This document shows positions 46,950 through 57,172 of a stretch of DNA of 64,000 bases, piece by piece (within the stretch, counting starts at the first letter, position 1; every line of letters starts with the position of its first letter). This stretch comes from an uncultured Mollicutes bacterium. GTDB taxonomy: Bacteria; Bacillota_I; Bacilli_A; RF39; UBA660. The DNA lies in the NCBI GenBank assembly GCA_945969495.1, contig CAMFOH010000001.1:4424-68423 (forward strand). The letters run 5' to 3'. Made by a program: the position numbers and the translations under genes. Under the pieces are notes generated by a model, which searched no databases, had not been told where the DNA came from, and saw only the letters and a list, made by a program, of their open reading frames with translations.

Positions 46950-49562
46950 ATGAATAATTACGATGGCTTAAGTAAAAACGAAGTTATAGAATCAAGAAAA
47001 AATTATGGAACTAACGAGATAAAAAAAGGTAAGACAAATAGCTTTTTAACTCTTTTATTAGAATCACTAGGAGATCCAATTATTAAAATATTATTAATTG
47101 CTTTAGCGATAAAAATAGTATTCTTATTTAGAGATTTTGATTGGTTTGAAACGCTTGGAATATTAATAGCAATATTTTTAGCTTCCTTTATATCTACTAT
47201 TTCTGAATATGGTTCCGAAAAAGCTTTTAAAAGATTACAGGAAGAATCTTCAAAGGCTAAATGCAAGGTTAAAAGAGAGGGGAAAGTAAAAGAAATAACG
47301 ATTGATGAGGTAGTTAAAAATGATTTAGTTATTTTACAATACGGAGATAAAGTTCCTGCTGATGGTATTTTAATAAAAGGTGAGTTAATGATTGATGAAT
47401 CATCACTTAACGGTGAAGCAAAGGAAATCCATAAAGAACCCGTTAAAGGTGATAAAATATCTTCCAGTAACAAGCTATTTAGAGGTACAATGGTATGTTC
47501 TGGTGATGGACTAATGAAGGTTACGTTGGTTGGTGAAAATACTTTTTATGGTAAGATAGCTAGTGAACTTAAGGAAAAAACAGGTGATAGTCCTCTTAAA
47601 ATAAGACTTAGAAATCTTGCTAAAATAATTAGTACCTTTGGTTATATTGGTGCTTTTTTAGCGTCGATTTCATATCTTTTTTCAGTTATCGTAGTAGATA
47701 ATAGTTTTGATTTAAATAAAATAATTCAAACGATAAGTAATTTTCCACTAATGATGGAGTATGTTATTTATGCATTAACTCTTAGTGTTACCATAATAAT
47801 AGTATCTGTTCCAGAAGGACTTCCTATGATGATAACACTTGTTTTATCTTCAAATATGAAAAGAATGTTAAAGGATAACGTTTTAGTAAGAAAATTAGTT
47901 GGTATTGAAACTGCCGGGAATATAAATATTTTATTTAGTGACAAAACAGGAACATTGACCACTGGTAAGTTAAAAGTTACTAATGTTATAGATGGGGAAT
48001 TACATAATTATAAAGATGAAAAAGAAATTAAACAAAGGAGTAATAACTTTTATAATTTAATTAGAATATCAATGATTGTCAATAACATGGCTTCCTATGA
48101 TGAAAAAAGGGTAATAGGTGGAAACATAACTGATAGATGTTTACTAGAATTTTTTAAACCATGTGATTTTAGTGACTTAAAAAAGTTAAAGACCATTCCT
48201 TTTGATAGTAAAAATAAGTATATGATAACGGTTTTAGATGATAAAAAAGCAAAGAACTTAATTAAGGGTGCCCCTGAAAAAATAATTCCTAACTGTAATT
48301 ATTATTATAATCGTGATGCGATTAAGTTGCCATTTAAAAATAAGGATAGCCTTCAAAAACAAATTGATATTTATACAAAAAATGGTTCTAGGGTTATTGC
48401 ACTTGCAACTAGTAATAATAAAGATGAAAAAGAGTTTAAAGATCTTACGTTAGTCGGTGTTGTAATAATTAAAGATGAGGTAAGAAAAGAAGCCATACAG
48501 GGCCTTAAAATGACTAAAAGTGCTGGTATAAAAACAGTTATGATAACGGGTGATAATAAAGATACAGCGATTAGAATTGCAAAAGAAATAGGAATAATAG
48601 AAAAAAAAGATGACGTTATTTTAACTTCTGATGAACTTAATAATATGAGTGATCTAGAAGTAAAAAAAATTATTCCTAAACTTAAGGTTGTAGCAAGAAG
48701 TCTTCCTCAAGATAAATCAAGGCTAGTTAGAATTACAGAAGAAATGAACCTGGTTGTTGGAATGACTGGAGATGGTGTAAATGATGCTCCTGCTTTAAAA
48801 AGAGCAGACGTTGGATTTGCTTTTGGATCTGGTAGTGAAGTTTCAAAGGAGGCTTCTGATATAGTAATATTAGATGATAACTTTTTATCAATTTGTAAGG
48901 CTATTTTATTTGGTAGAACAATATTTAAAAGCATAAGAAAGTTTATTATTTTTCAGCTAACTGTTAATTTATGTGCTCTTAGCATATCCATAATAGGACC
49001 ATTTATTGGTGTAGATACTCCGGTTACGGTTTTGCAAATGCTTTGGATAAACATGGTTATGGATACTTTAGCAGGTTTAGCCTTTGCTTTTGAGCCTCCT
49101 TTAAAAGAGTACATGGAAGAGAAACCAAAAAAGAAAGATGAAAACATAATGAATGGTTACATGTTAAATGAAATTATCATAACAGGATTTTATACTACTA
49201 TTCTTTGTATATTATTTTTAAAATTACCTTTTATAAAAGATTTATTTATTAGTGATAAATCTTTTATAACAGCCTTTTTTGGACTATTTATTTTTGCAGG
49301 AATATTTAATTGTTTTAACGCTCATACATCAAGAATAAACATTTTAGCACACTTATTAAAAAATAGAATGTTTATAACCGTAATTTTATTTATATCAGTA
49401 GTTCAAATATTAATGATTTATTATGGAGGAACACTATTTAGAACAGTACCACTTACTTTTAAAGAGTTTATTATCATGTTATTAATATCATTTACTGTTG
49501 TTCCAGTTGATATGATAAGAAAGAAGGTATTTAAATTGAAACTTAAAAATAAAGGTGTGTAA
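46950..49562 (+). CDS. Calcium-translocating P-type ATPase (PMCA/SERCA-like, intact)
   Basis: 870 aa; DKTGTLT, TGDGVNDAPALKRADVG, 10 TM topology. Confidence 0.9.
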   Translation: MNNYDGLSKNEVIESRKNYGTNEIKKGKTNSFLTLLLESLGDPIIKILLIALAIKIVFLFRDFDWFETLGILIAIFLASFISTISEYGSEKAFKRLQEESSKAKCKVKREGKVKEITIDEVVKNDLVILQYGDKVPADGILIKGELMIDESSLNGEAKEIHKEPVKGDKISSSNKLFRGTMVCSGDGLMKVTLVGENTFYGKIASELKEKTGDSPLKIRLRNLAKIISTFGYIGAFLASISYLFSVIVVDNSFDLNKIIQTISNFPLMMEYVIYALTLSVTIIIVSVPEGLPMMITLVLSSNMKRMLKDNVLVRKLVGIETAGNINILFSDKTGTLTTGKLKVTNVIDGELHNYKDEKEIKQRSNNFYNLIRISMIVNNMASYDEKRVIGGNITDRCLLEFFKPCDFSDLKKLKTIPFDSKNKYMITVLDDKKAKNLIKGAPEKIIPNCNYYYNRDAIKLPFKNKDSLQKQIDIYTKNGSRVIALATSNNKDEKEFKDLTLVGVVIIKDEVRKEAIQGLKMTKSAGIKTVMITGDNKDTAIRIAKEIGIIEKKDDVILTSDELNNMSDLEVKKIIPKLKVVARSLPQDKSRLVRITEEMNLVVGMTGDGVNDAPALKRADVGFAFGSGSEVSKEASDIVILDDNFLSICKAILFGRTIFKSIRKFIIFQLTVNLCALSISIIGPFIGVDTPVTVLQMLWINMVMDTLAGLAFAFEPPLKEYMEEKPKKKDENIMNGYMLNEIIITGFYTTILCILFLKLPFIKDLFISDKSFITAFFGLFIFAGIFNCFNAHTSRINILAHLLKNRMFITVILFISVVQILMIYYGGTLFRTVPLTFKEFIIMLLISFTVVPVDMIRKKVFKLKLKNKGV

Positions 49563-49616
49563 TTTGACAAAATTATAGAAAAATGCTATTATATCCCTCA
49601 AAAAGAGGGGATAATT

Positions 49617-50456
49617 ATGGAGGCACTTGATAAAATTAGTGACTATAAATTAAATTCCAATGTCGAATTTCATATGCAGGATTCAATTGAATCCTATATA
49701 ACATATTTAAATATGTTATCTGAATTGTCACCGAGAGAATGTGAAATATTTTTAAATACCTTAAAAAATAATGAAATTATTAATAATCAAGAAATGGAAC
49801 ATGAAGATCCATTTATGGTTCAACTTGAATTAGAATTAGAATGTTCAAAAGGCAAAAAAAATACATCAATTGATATAATGACTAATTCAATATTAGAAAA
49901 TAAGCCACTAACTATAAGAAAAATCGAACAATTACATCGTTTAATAATTCATGGCACATGTGATGATAAACCTGAAAATTATAAAATAAGAGATAAACAA
50001 GCATATGTTTCTGAGACAACTAATGGTATTGAAAAAGTTTGTTATTATGCACCAAATCCAGAAGAAATAAAACCATATTTAAACAAGATTTTAGAATTTC
50101 TAAATAGTGATGATAATAAAAAAGAACAAGATATTTTATACAATTCAATATTAACTCATTTTTATATTGCTGCACTACAACCATTTGGAAATGGAAATAC
50201 AAGGTTAGCTAGACTAATTGAGTATGGCAGTATATTTAAGCTATCAAGGGAAGTGTTAGGCTCTAAAATCAAGTCACCAGCATTATTTGTTTCAAAAAAC
50301 TATTTAATGACAAGGGCTTCATATAGAAATAATATTTCTAAATTGGTAAACGAACCAACTGATGATAGTTTTAATAACTGGATGAATTATAATTTAAATA
50401 TGGTCGATGAACAAATATATTTTTGTAATAATATTTTAAAAAAGAGATTTAAGTAA
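49617..50456 (+). CDS. Fic/Doc-family-like protein with degenerate Fic motif (QPFGNGNTRLAR instead of HPFx[DE]GNGRxxR)
   Basis: 279 aa; motif aligns 7/12 positions including P-F, G-N, R...R but catalytic His to Gln and acidic residue to Asn. Confidence 0.5.
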   Translation: MEALDKISDYKLNSNVEFHMQDSIESYITYLNMLSELSPRECEIFLNTLKNNEIINNQEMEHEDPFMVQLELELECSKGKKNTSIDIMTNSILENKPLTIRKIEQLHRLIIHGTCDDKPENYKIRDKQAYVSETTNGIEKVCYYAPNPEEIKPYLNKILEFLNSDDNKKEQDILYNSILTHFYIAALQPFGNGNTRLARLIEYGSIFKLSREVLGSKIKSPALFVSKNYLMTRASYRNNISKLVNEPTDDSFNNWMNYNLNMVDEQIYFCNNILKKRFK

Positions 50457-50506
50457 TAAAAATAATATTAACATAATATTTATTTTGTGTTAATATTATT
50501 TTTGAT

Positions 50507-51100
50507 TTGGAAGTGATTGATATGAAACTACTATTACATACTTGCTGTGCACCTTGTAGTGTGTATTGCGTAGATGAATTAAAAAAAGAAAATATAGATA
50601 TAACTAGTTATTGGTATAACCCTAATATACATCCTTATAAAGAGTATGAAGCTAGGTTAGAATGCTTAAAAATGTATGATGATAAAATAGGTATACCTTT
50701 AATAATAGATGATTATTATGGCTTAAAAGAATTTTGCAAAAACGTTATTGATAAGATAGATAATAGATGTGGTTATTGTTATTTATGTAGGTTAGAAAAA
50801 ACTGCTCGTTATGCTAAGGAAAATGGTTATGATGCTTTTTCTACAACTTTGCTAATAAGTCCTTATCAAGATCATGAGCTATTAAGAAAAACAGGAGAAA
50901 TGTTATCTGAAAAATATAGTGTTAAATTTTTATATAGGGATTTTAGGCCTGGCTTTAGAGAAGGACAAAATAAAGCTAGAGAAATGGGTCTTTACATGCA
51001 AAAGTATTGTGGATGCGTATTTAGTGAAGAAGAAAGATATGAAAAATTAATAGAGAAAAATAAAAATATAAATAAAGAATTTAATAAAAAAACTAAATAA
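50507..51100 (+). CDS. queH: Epoxyqueuosine reductase QueH (DUF208)
   Basis: LLLHTCCAPCS...CGYCYLCR...YCGCVFSEEER cysteine pattern typical of QueH. Confidence 0.8.
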   Translation: MEVIDMKLLLHTCCAPCSVYCVDELKKENIDITSYWYNPNIHPYKEYEARLECLKMYDDKIGIPLIIDDYYGLKEFCKNVIDKIDNRCGYCYLCRLEKTARYAKENGYDAFSTTLLISPYQDHELLRKTGEMLSEKYSVKFLYRDFRPGFREGQNKAREMGLYMQKYCGCVFSEEERYEKLIEKNKNINKEFNKKTK

Positions 51101-51286
51101 AGGTTAACTTATTTAATTTTTTTTGATATACTTAAATTGTAAGAGGTATGCGATGATGAATTATGAATTAAAAACTAATGTTTTTTTATCTTGTTCGTTA
51201 TGCGTTATTGACTCTTCTATATTATTTTATTGGAAAAAAACTAACACTTTTTGTGCTAGTTTTTTATATTTTTAAGGAGGAAGTTT

Positions 51287-52393
51287 ATGAGTGGTAAATA
51301 CAAAGATGAGTTAGGACTTATCGTGATGGATAATATGAAAGAGTTTGGGGAAAACGTTGATAAGCATTTGATGAAAAAAAGAAATACTAACCAAAGTTTT
51401 ATTATTCCTAAACAAGAAATCAGGTTTTCTAGTGGTGATGGCAAGGTAATAATTAAAGGTTCTACAAGGGATAAAGACTTATACATTTTATCTGATGTAG
51501 GAAATTATAGTAAAACGTATAAAATGGCTAATTATGAAAATCATATGAGTCCTGATGATCATTTTCAAGATATAAAAAGGGTTATTTCTGGTACTAGAGG
51601 ACACGCTGAAAGATTAAGTGTTATTATGCCTTTATTATATGAATCAAGACAGCATAAAAGGCATGGAGGAGAATCACTTGATTGTCCACTTGCCCTTCAA
51701 GAATTAGAATGGCTAGGGGTAAAGGAAATAGTTACTTTTGATGCACACGATCCAAGGGTAGAAAATGCGGTTACACCTAATACCTGTTTTGATTCGTTTT
51801 ATGTAACCAATGAATTATTAAAGTCGTTCATTATTAACGAAGATTTTAATCCTGATGAATTAATTGTTATATCTCCAGATACTGGTGCGGTAGAAAGAGC
51901 AATATATAATGCAGGATATTTTAATGCGGATGTAGGTATGTTTTATAAACGAAGGGATTATTCTAGAATTGAAAATGGTAAAAATCCAATAGTTGCACAT
52001 GACTATTTGGGAAAAGATTTAGAAGGCATGACAGTAATAATAACGGATGATATGATATCATCTGGTGGATCAATGCTAGATACTGCTAAGGATGTAAAAC
52101 AAAGAGGCGCTAAAAAAGTAATTATATTAACCTCGTTTGCTATGTTTATAGAAGGACTATATGCATTTGATAAAGCTTATGAAGAAAATTTATTTGATGC
52201 GGTATATTCAACAAATTTAACATATGTGGATCAAGATATACATAAAAGAGTATGGTATAATCAAGTAGATTGTTCATCGTTTATGGCAGATATAATAGAT
52301 ACGTTGAATTCTGGTAATTCTACGAAAGATTTAAAAAATGGAAAGCAAAAGATATTAACAATGCTTGAAAAAAAGAAGAAAGGAGAATTATAA
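51287..52393 (+). CDS. Ribose-phosphate diphosphokinase (PRPP synthetase) family protein, long form (368 aa)
   Basis: PRPP-binding loop VIITDDMISSGGSMLDTA; N-terminal ATP-binding region; longer than canonical Prs. Confidence 0.6.
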   Translation: MSGKYKDELGLIVMDNMKEFGENVDKHLMKKRNTNQSFIIPKQEIRFSSGDGKVIIKGSTRDKDLYILSDVGNYSKTYKMANYENHMSPDDHFQDIKRVISGTRGHAERLSVIMPLLYESRQHKRHGGESLDCPLALQELEWLGVKEIVTFDAHDPRVENAVTPNTCFDSFYVTNELLKSFIINEDFNPDELIVISPDTGAVERAIYNAGYFNADVGMFYKRRDYSRIENGKNPIVAHDYLGKDLEGMTVIITDDMISSGGSMLDTAKDVKQRGAKKVIILTSFAMFIEGLYAFDKAYEENLFDAVYSTNLTYVDQDIHKRVWYNQVDCSSFMADIIDTLNSGNSTKDLKNGKQKILTMLEKKKKGEL

Positions 52394-52448
52394 TGTTTTA
52401 ATTCTTCTTTTTTTGTAGTATAATTGAGCTTAAGAGGAGGGAAATAAT

Positions 52449-53033
52449 ATGACAATGTTTTTATTAATATTAATAGCAATCATGTTATTAGTAACCATGA
52501 TATGTTCTATAATAACAACAATTATAGAAGTTAAAGATGAACATGCTAATGATTTAGTTAAGAAAGTATTAAAAGTAACTGGTATAGTCTTGGTTGTTAT
52601 AGCAGTTATTGGAGCAGCTGTAGGAATTTCTTACTTAAAAAAAGATGACTCAAATCAAAACAAAACTATTACTTTAGAGACAGCAGGGTTCAACGAATTA
52701 TCCTTAGATGAATATCTAGAGGTTATTAATAAAGATGAAAAAAGTATAATATTAGTTGCAAGACCAACTTGTCCTTATTGTGAGAAGTTTAGTCCAATAT
52801 TAAAAGAAGCAATGGATGATATGAATTTAACTATAAATTACATTGATACTGATAAGTTTTCAAATGAAGATTGGACAACGTTTTCGGAATCACTTGCATA
52901 TTTAAATAGTGAAGAGTGGGGAACTCCACTTATACTTATTGTCCAAAATGGTGAAGTAATTGCAGAAAATAATGGATACGTTGATTTATCAACTATAAAG
53001 TCATTTTTTAAAGCTAACGGGTATGAGGGATAA
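52449..53033 (+). CDS. Membrane-anchored thioredoxin-fold protein (CPYC active site)
   Basis: N-terminal TM; ILVARPTCPYCEKFSP. Confidence 0.65.
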   Translation: MTMFLLILIAIMLLVTMICSIITTIIEVKDEHANDLVKKVLKVTGIVLVVIAVIGAAVGISYLKKDDSNQNKTITLETAGFNELSLDEYLEVINKDEKSIILVARPTCPYCEKFSPILKEAMDDMNLTINYIDTDKFSNEDWTTFSESLAYLNSEEWGTPLILIVQNGEVIAENNGYVDLSTIKSFFKANGYEG

Positions 53034-53038
53034 TAAAA

Positions 53039-53488
53039 ATGAGTAATAGTGTTTATACAAGTTGTAAAGATTTTCTAAAGAAGTATCCTAAAACAATTGC
53101 ATGGAATGTGAAAAGACATTCTAAGGTTGTAGAACAACATATAAATGATGATGAGGTTGTGCTATTTACTTTTGTTGGTCAAAAGGATGCTTCTTGGACA
53201 ATGCCATTTTATACTACAGTTGTTGTTTTTACAAACAAAAGGATGCTATTAGGTAGAAAAAGAAGTTTTGGTAGGTATTTTTATACTTCTATTACTCCAG
53301 ATATGTTAAATGACTTTGAAATTAGAACAAATATTTTATTTGGACTAGTTGAAATAGATACGGTAAAAGAGCATTTTATTATGGGATGTTTAGATAAAAA
53401 ATCTTTGCCAAAAATAGAGGATGCTTTATCAAAGTATTTGGTCGATGAAAAATTAAAATATTTAAAAAATAGTAAGAATTCTAATTAA
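53039..53488 (+). CDS. Hypothetical protein, possible bacterial PH (YokE-like) domain
   Basis: 149 aa; weak pattern only. Confidence 0.35.
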   Translation: MSNSVYTSCKDFLKKYPKTIAWNVKRHSKVVEQHINDDEVVLFTFVGQKDASWTMPFYTTVVVFTNKRMLLGRKRSFGRYFYTSITPDMLNDFEIRTNILFGLVEIDTVKEHFIMGCLDKKSLPKIEDALSKYLVDEKLKYLKNSKNSN

Positions 53489-53549
53489 GAATTCTTTTTA
53501 TTTACAAAATTTATATTTCATTATATAATTACTTTGAGAGGTATTTAAA

Positions 53550-53984
53550 ATGACTAAAAGTAAAAATAAAGAACAGGAATTTTTATACAAGACAAGTAAA
53601 ATTTTAAAACTATTATGCGCTATTGTAGGGATAGTTTTAGTTATAATATATTTAATAGATGGTGGTTTTTATTCATTACTATTTGATTTAAGAGAATCTA
53701 AGACTATAATTACTTATAGCATCTCTATAATAGTATTGCTATGTATATTAGTTATTTTAAACGTCTCTGATGAAACTAATATAGAAAATGATAAGAAATG
53801 GGAAATTAGTAGTTATGTAACAGTAGGGGTAATTATTTTAATACTTATATTTAGTTTTTTGTTTGTATTTACTCTAATCGATTTTTTCTTGCCAATATTA
53901 GTTCTTATCTTATTTTTAATAATTACGTATTATTTAATTAATAAGCTTATTAAATTATTAGTAAATAAATATGGAATAAAATAA
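53550..53984 (+). CDS. Hypothetical membrane protein (144 aa, 3-4 TM)
   Basis: Hydrophobicity pattern; RBS gagaggtattt. Confidence 0.4.
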   Translation: MTKSKNKEQEFLYKTSKILKLLCAIVGIVLVIIYLIDGGFYSLLFDLRESKTIITYSISIIVLLCILVILNVSDETNIENDKKWEISSYVTVGVIILILIFSFLFVFTLIDFFLPILVLILFLIITYYLINKLIKLLVNKYGIK

Positions 53985-54065
53985 ATATTTATTACTTTAT
54001 TTGCATAAAATATAAAGAATAATGCTTGATATTTATTAATTAGTTATGTTATAATTTCTTTGCAC

Positions 54066-54140
54066 GGGGCTATAGCCAAGTTGGTAAGGCATTGGACTGC
54101 AACTCCACGATCGCCGGTTCAAGTCCGGCTGGCCCCTCCA
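54066..54140 (+). tRNA. tRNA-Cys (anticodon GCA)
   Basis: 75 nt; anticodon loop ctGCAac; T-arm gccggttcaagtccggc; CCA encoded. Confidence 0.8.
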
Positions 54141-54147
54141 ATTATAT

Positions 54148-54222
54148 GCAGGTGTAGTACAACGGCTAGTACGTGGCCTTGCCAAGGCTAAGACGTGGGT
54201 TCGATTCCCATCACTTGCTCCA
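54148..54222 (+). tRNA. tRNA-Gly (anticodon GCC)
   Basis: 75 nt; anticodon loop ttGCCaa; T-arm gtgggttcgattcccat; CCA encoded. Confidence 0.8.
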
Positions 54223-54233
54223 TTGAGAGAATT

Positions 54234-54262
54234 ACTCACACAAAAGTGTGAGTTATGTTTTT
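54234..54262 (+). terminator. Rho-independent terminator after tRNA-Gly (actcacac-aaaa-gtgtgagt + T-rich); a second hairpin at 54270-54300
   Basis: Perfect 8-bp stem. Confidence 0.65.
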
Positions 54263-54402
54263 ATAAAAATCCCATATCACTTGTTGATATGAGATTTTTT
54301 AATATACTAAATTAACAAATCAAAATAACAATATAATCGTTTTATTTGTATAAGTTTAGAAAAAAATATTGTTTATATCATATAATTAAATAGGTGATTT
54401 AA

Positions 54403-54849
54403 TTGAATGAATCTAGTGTTTTTTCTGTTGCAAACATACAAGGGGATATATCATCTCCAAATCTAAAGGGTATAGCTTATTTTAAACCATTTAAGGATGG
54501 AACCATGGTGGAAATAGAAGTGTCAGGCCTTCCAGGTTATAAACCATATGAGTTATTTCCTGTGCACATACATGATGGAAAAGATTGCAATATATCGAAT
54601 TCTGGTACGTTTGATAACGTATTAGGACATTATAATCCAACGAATGAAAGTCATCCATATCACGCTGGAGATATGCCAGTTTTATTTTCTAATAATGGGT
54701 ATGCATACATGAAATTTTATACTACAAGATTCAAGGCTTATGAAGTAGAAAATAAATTAGTTATTATTCATGAAGCAGTGCAAAATGAAAATGCAAGTAC
54801 TTTTGGAAGAAAAATAGGTTGTGGAATAATAAAAAAATATACATTATAA
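54403..54849 (+). CDS. Cu/Zn superoxide dismutase-like protein (no obvious signal peptide)
   Basis: FPVHIHDGKDC, GHYNP, HAGDMP copper/zinc ligand motifs. Confidence 0.7.
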   Translation: MNESSVFSVANIQGDISSPNLKGIAYFKPFKDGTMVEIEVSGLPGYKPYELFPVHIHDGKDCNISNSGTFDNVLGHYNPTNESHPYHAGDMPVLFSNNGYAYMKFYTTRFKAYEVENKLVIIHEAVQNENASTFGRKIGCGIIKKYTL

Positions 54850-54855
54850 AAGGAA

Positions 54856-55959
54856 TCATAATTTTGATTCCTTTTTAATAAATAAACATCTTATAAGCAT
54901 GATTAAAAGTATTATAAACATTGGAATTGCAATAAATAAAACATAATTATTTTTAACAACTATTATTGAATGAGGAATATCACCAAATGATAATTTACCT
55001 AGTATCATACATATTAACGAAATTACTATAGTAATTATTTTGTTAAGTTTTATTTTTTTGCTAAAATGTTTTATACCATGTATTATTCCGTATAAAGATA
55101 AATTAGCAAGTGCTAGCATGTAAAATATCCATCTAAAAGCAAGTAGGTTCTCTAAATGTAATTCAGAACCTGATATTCCTATTTTTTTTAGTAAAATATA
55201 CTCTGGATATCTAAATAATGATCCCATTTTATATCCAAAACAAGATACTACAAAGAACATTACTACAACTAGGGATAACGAACCTATTAAATAAAATATT
55301 ATAATATTTTTATTATATTTTTGCTGGTCTTTTATTTTTGATTTACTTATTGTAAGTAAAAGCATTGATAGTAAAGAACAGGTTGCTGCATAATATATAG
55401 CTCCTTTAAATATGTTACTTAAATAATTACCTTCTGAAATCATAGGGATAATATTTCCAATTTCAACGTATTGTATTAAGAAAAATTCTATTATTACCAT
55501 GAATACAATACTTGCAAAAAAAGATAATTGTGATACTCTTGCAATCGTTTCTAAACCATTAAAGCATATTATTAAACATGTAATTATAACTAATGTTCCA
55601 ACAAAATAAAATGGTGTATTTTGAAGATATTTACTTGTTACAAATATAACGATAGCACGTATTGCAATCGTAAGCATTACCATATATATAATAATTATAA
55701 GTATATTTATTATGTTACCAATTACTTTTCCAAATAATTTTATATTTTTTTTATATATATTTAAATTAGGTAAACAAGAATTTACTTTTAAATACATTAA
55801 AACTGGTATTAAACCTAAAATGACTCCTATAATCATTGCGATTAATACTTCATTTTCTGATGTTCTAAGCAAAATTATATCGCTTATTCCAAGATAAAAA
55901 CTACAACATACTAGTGCTAAAAGCATGCCAATTTGAATGCTTGATACTTTGTTATTCAT
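54856..55959 (-). CDS. Spore germination protein B subunit (GerAB/GerKB-like, APC-superfamily permease)
   Basis: 367 aa, 10 TM; last gene of A-C-B operon. Confidence 0.75.
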   Translation of the reverse strand: MNNKVSSIQIGMLLALVCCSFYLGISDIILLRTSENEVLIAMIIGVILGLIPVLMYLKVNSCLPNLNIYKKNIKLFGKVIGNIINILIIIIYMVMLTIAIRAIVIFVTSKYLQNTPFYFVGTLVIITCLIICFNGLETIARVSQLSFFASIVFMVIIEFFLIQYVEIGNIIPMISEGNYLSNIFKGAIYYAATCSLLSMLLLTISKSKIKDQQKYNKNIIIFYLIGSLSLVVVMFFVVSCFGYKMGSLFRYPEYILLKKIGISGSELHLENLLAFRWIFYMLALANLSLYGIIHGIKHFSKKIKLNKIITIVISLICMILGKLSFGDIPHSIIVVKNNYVLFIAIPMFIILLIMLIRCLFIKKESKL

Positions 55960-57172
55960 CTTTTGCCTTCTCCTTTACTGACTTTATTGAAAGTTCTGTT
56001 GATTTTATTTCTACATTAGTTTTAAAACTAAATGATATATCATCTTTTATTTTCTCTTTAGAGTAACCTAATTTTTTCATTTCATTATATTTTTGACCAT
56101 AAAATTTTAAACCATATCCTAATACATCTGATTTTTCTTTTTTATATAATTTATCAGTTGCTTTAGTCATTAACTTAGTAATTTTTACTGCTGATTTTCG
56201 TTCTAACTTTTTTATGTAATTTTCATCCTCAATAAAATCAGCGGCACAGTTATATTCTAATAAATCAGCGGTTACTTTTACATTAACATTAACTTTTGGT
56301 TTATTATTTTTAAATGATAATTCCTCTTTTAAGTCTGATGTTGATATCCTTATTGTTGCATAGTTTTTATCATCACATTTTACGTTTACATAAGTTTCAT
56401 TTTGAGTTTTTGCAAGAAAGTTATATCCGGTACTTTCATCACTAGATAAATAACCTACTAATTTGCTATCTTTAAAAAATCCAAGATTTCCAAACTTTAG
56501 TTTTGCATCGGGATCACTTTCTTTTATGTTCTCCATGTTTTCTCCGTCTTTGACGTTTCCTGTAATTATTATTGATGGTATGATAGCTTCTTGTCCACTA
56601 TTTGATAGACTTGATATAAATTCATCTATGGTTACCATGGTTAAGATACCACTAAAATTATCAGCGATTGACAAAGTAGATTTTAAGTTTTTAGAAGGAA
56701 TGGTTTCAATTGGGGTGATTATCTTTAATACGTTGTATGCATTCTCATTTTTAGCAACCATTACAAGAGAGTCTTTTTCTACTTCTGAATCCCTCATAAA
56801 ATAATCTAAGTAATCTAGGGGATTTCTATATTTTAAAAGTTCTTCACTTATAACAACAACTTCATTATGTCCTAGGTAAAGTTCTTTTGGAGAATCAAGC
56901 ATTATTTTTTCAAAAGCTTGGTACAAAGTGTTTCCCTCTGCTTTATAAATGGTAATTAAACTATTATCTGATTCTTCATCTTTTTTGGCATTCATTATTT
57001 GAATTCCAACTTCATATTTATTTGGATCATCTTTACTTTGATCAATTGAAATACCAGATACTATCGCGTATTCGTTTATTTCTTTATAATTAAAACAACC
57101 ACTAAGTGAAAATAAAACAATTACAAGGATAAAAATTTTAAATATTTTCTTCATCTTTATCCTCCTTATCAA
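55952..57172 (-). CDS. Spore germination Ger(x)C lipoprotein
   Basis: Lipobox LFSLSGCF; GerAC family length/pattern. Confidence 0.75.
   Translation of the reverse strand: MIRRIKMKKIFKIFILVIVLFSLSGCFNYKEINEYAIVSGISIDQSKDDPNKYEVGIQIMNAKKDEESDNSLITIYKAEGNTLYQAFEKIMLDSPKELYLGHNEVVVISEELLKYRNPLDYLDYFMRDSEVEKDSLVMVAKNENAYNVLKIITPIETIPSKNLKSTLSIADNFSGILTMVTIDEFISSLSNSGQEAIIPSIIITGNVKDGENMENIKESDPDAKLKFGNLGFFKDSKLVGYLSSDESTGYNFLAKTQNETYVNVKCDDKNYATIRISTSDLKEELSFKNNKPKVNVNVKVTADLLEYNCAADFIEDENYIKKLERKSAVKITKLMTKATDKLYKKEKSDVLGYGLKFYGQKYNEMKKLGYSKEKIKDDISFSFKTNVEIKSTELSIKSVKEKAKDE

Noticed and set aside
54036-54239. 67-aa minus-strand ORF
   Set aside because: Entirely antisense to tRNA-Cys/tRNA-Gly.
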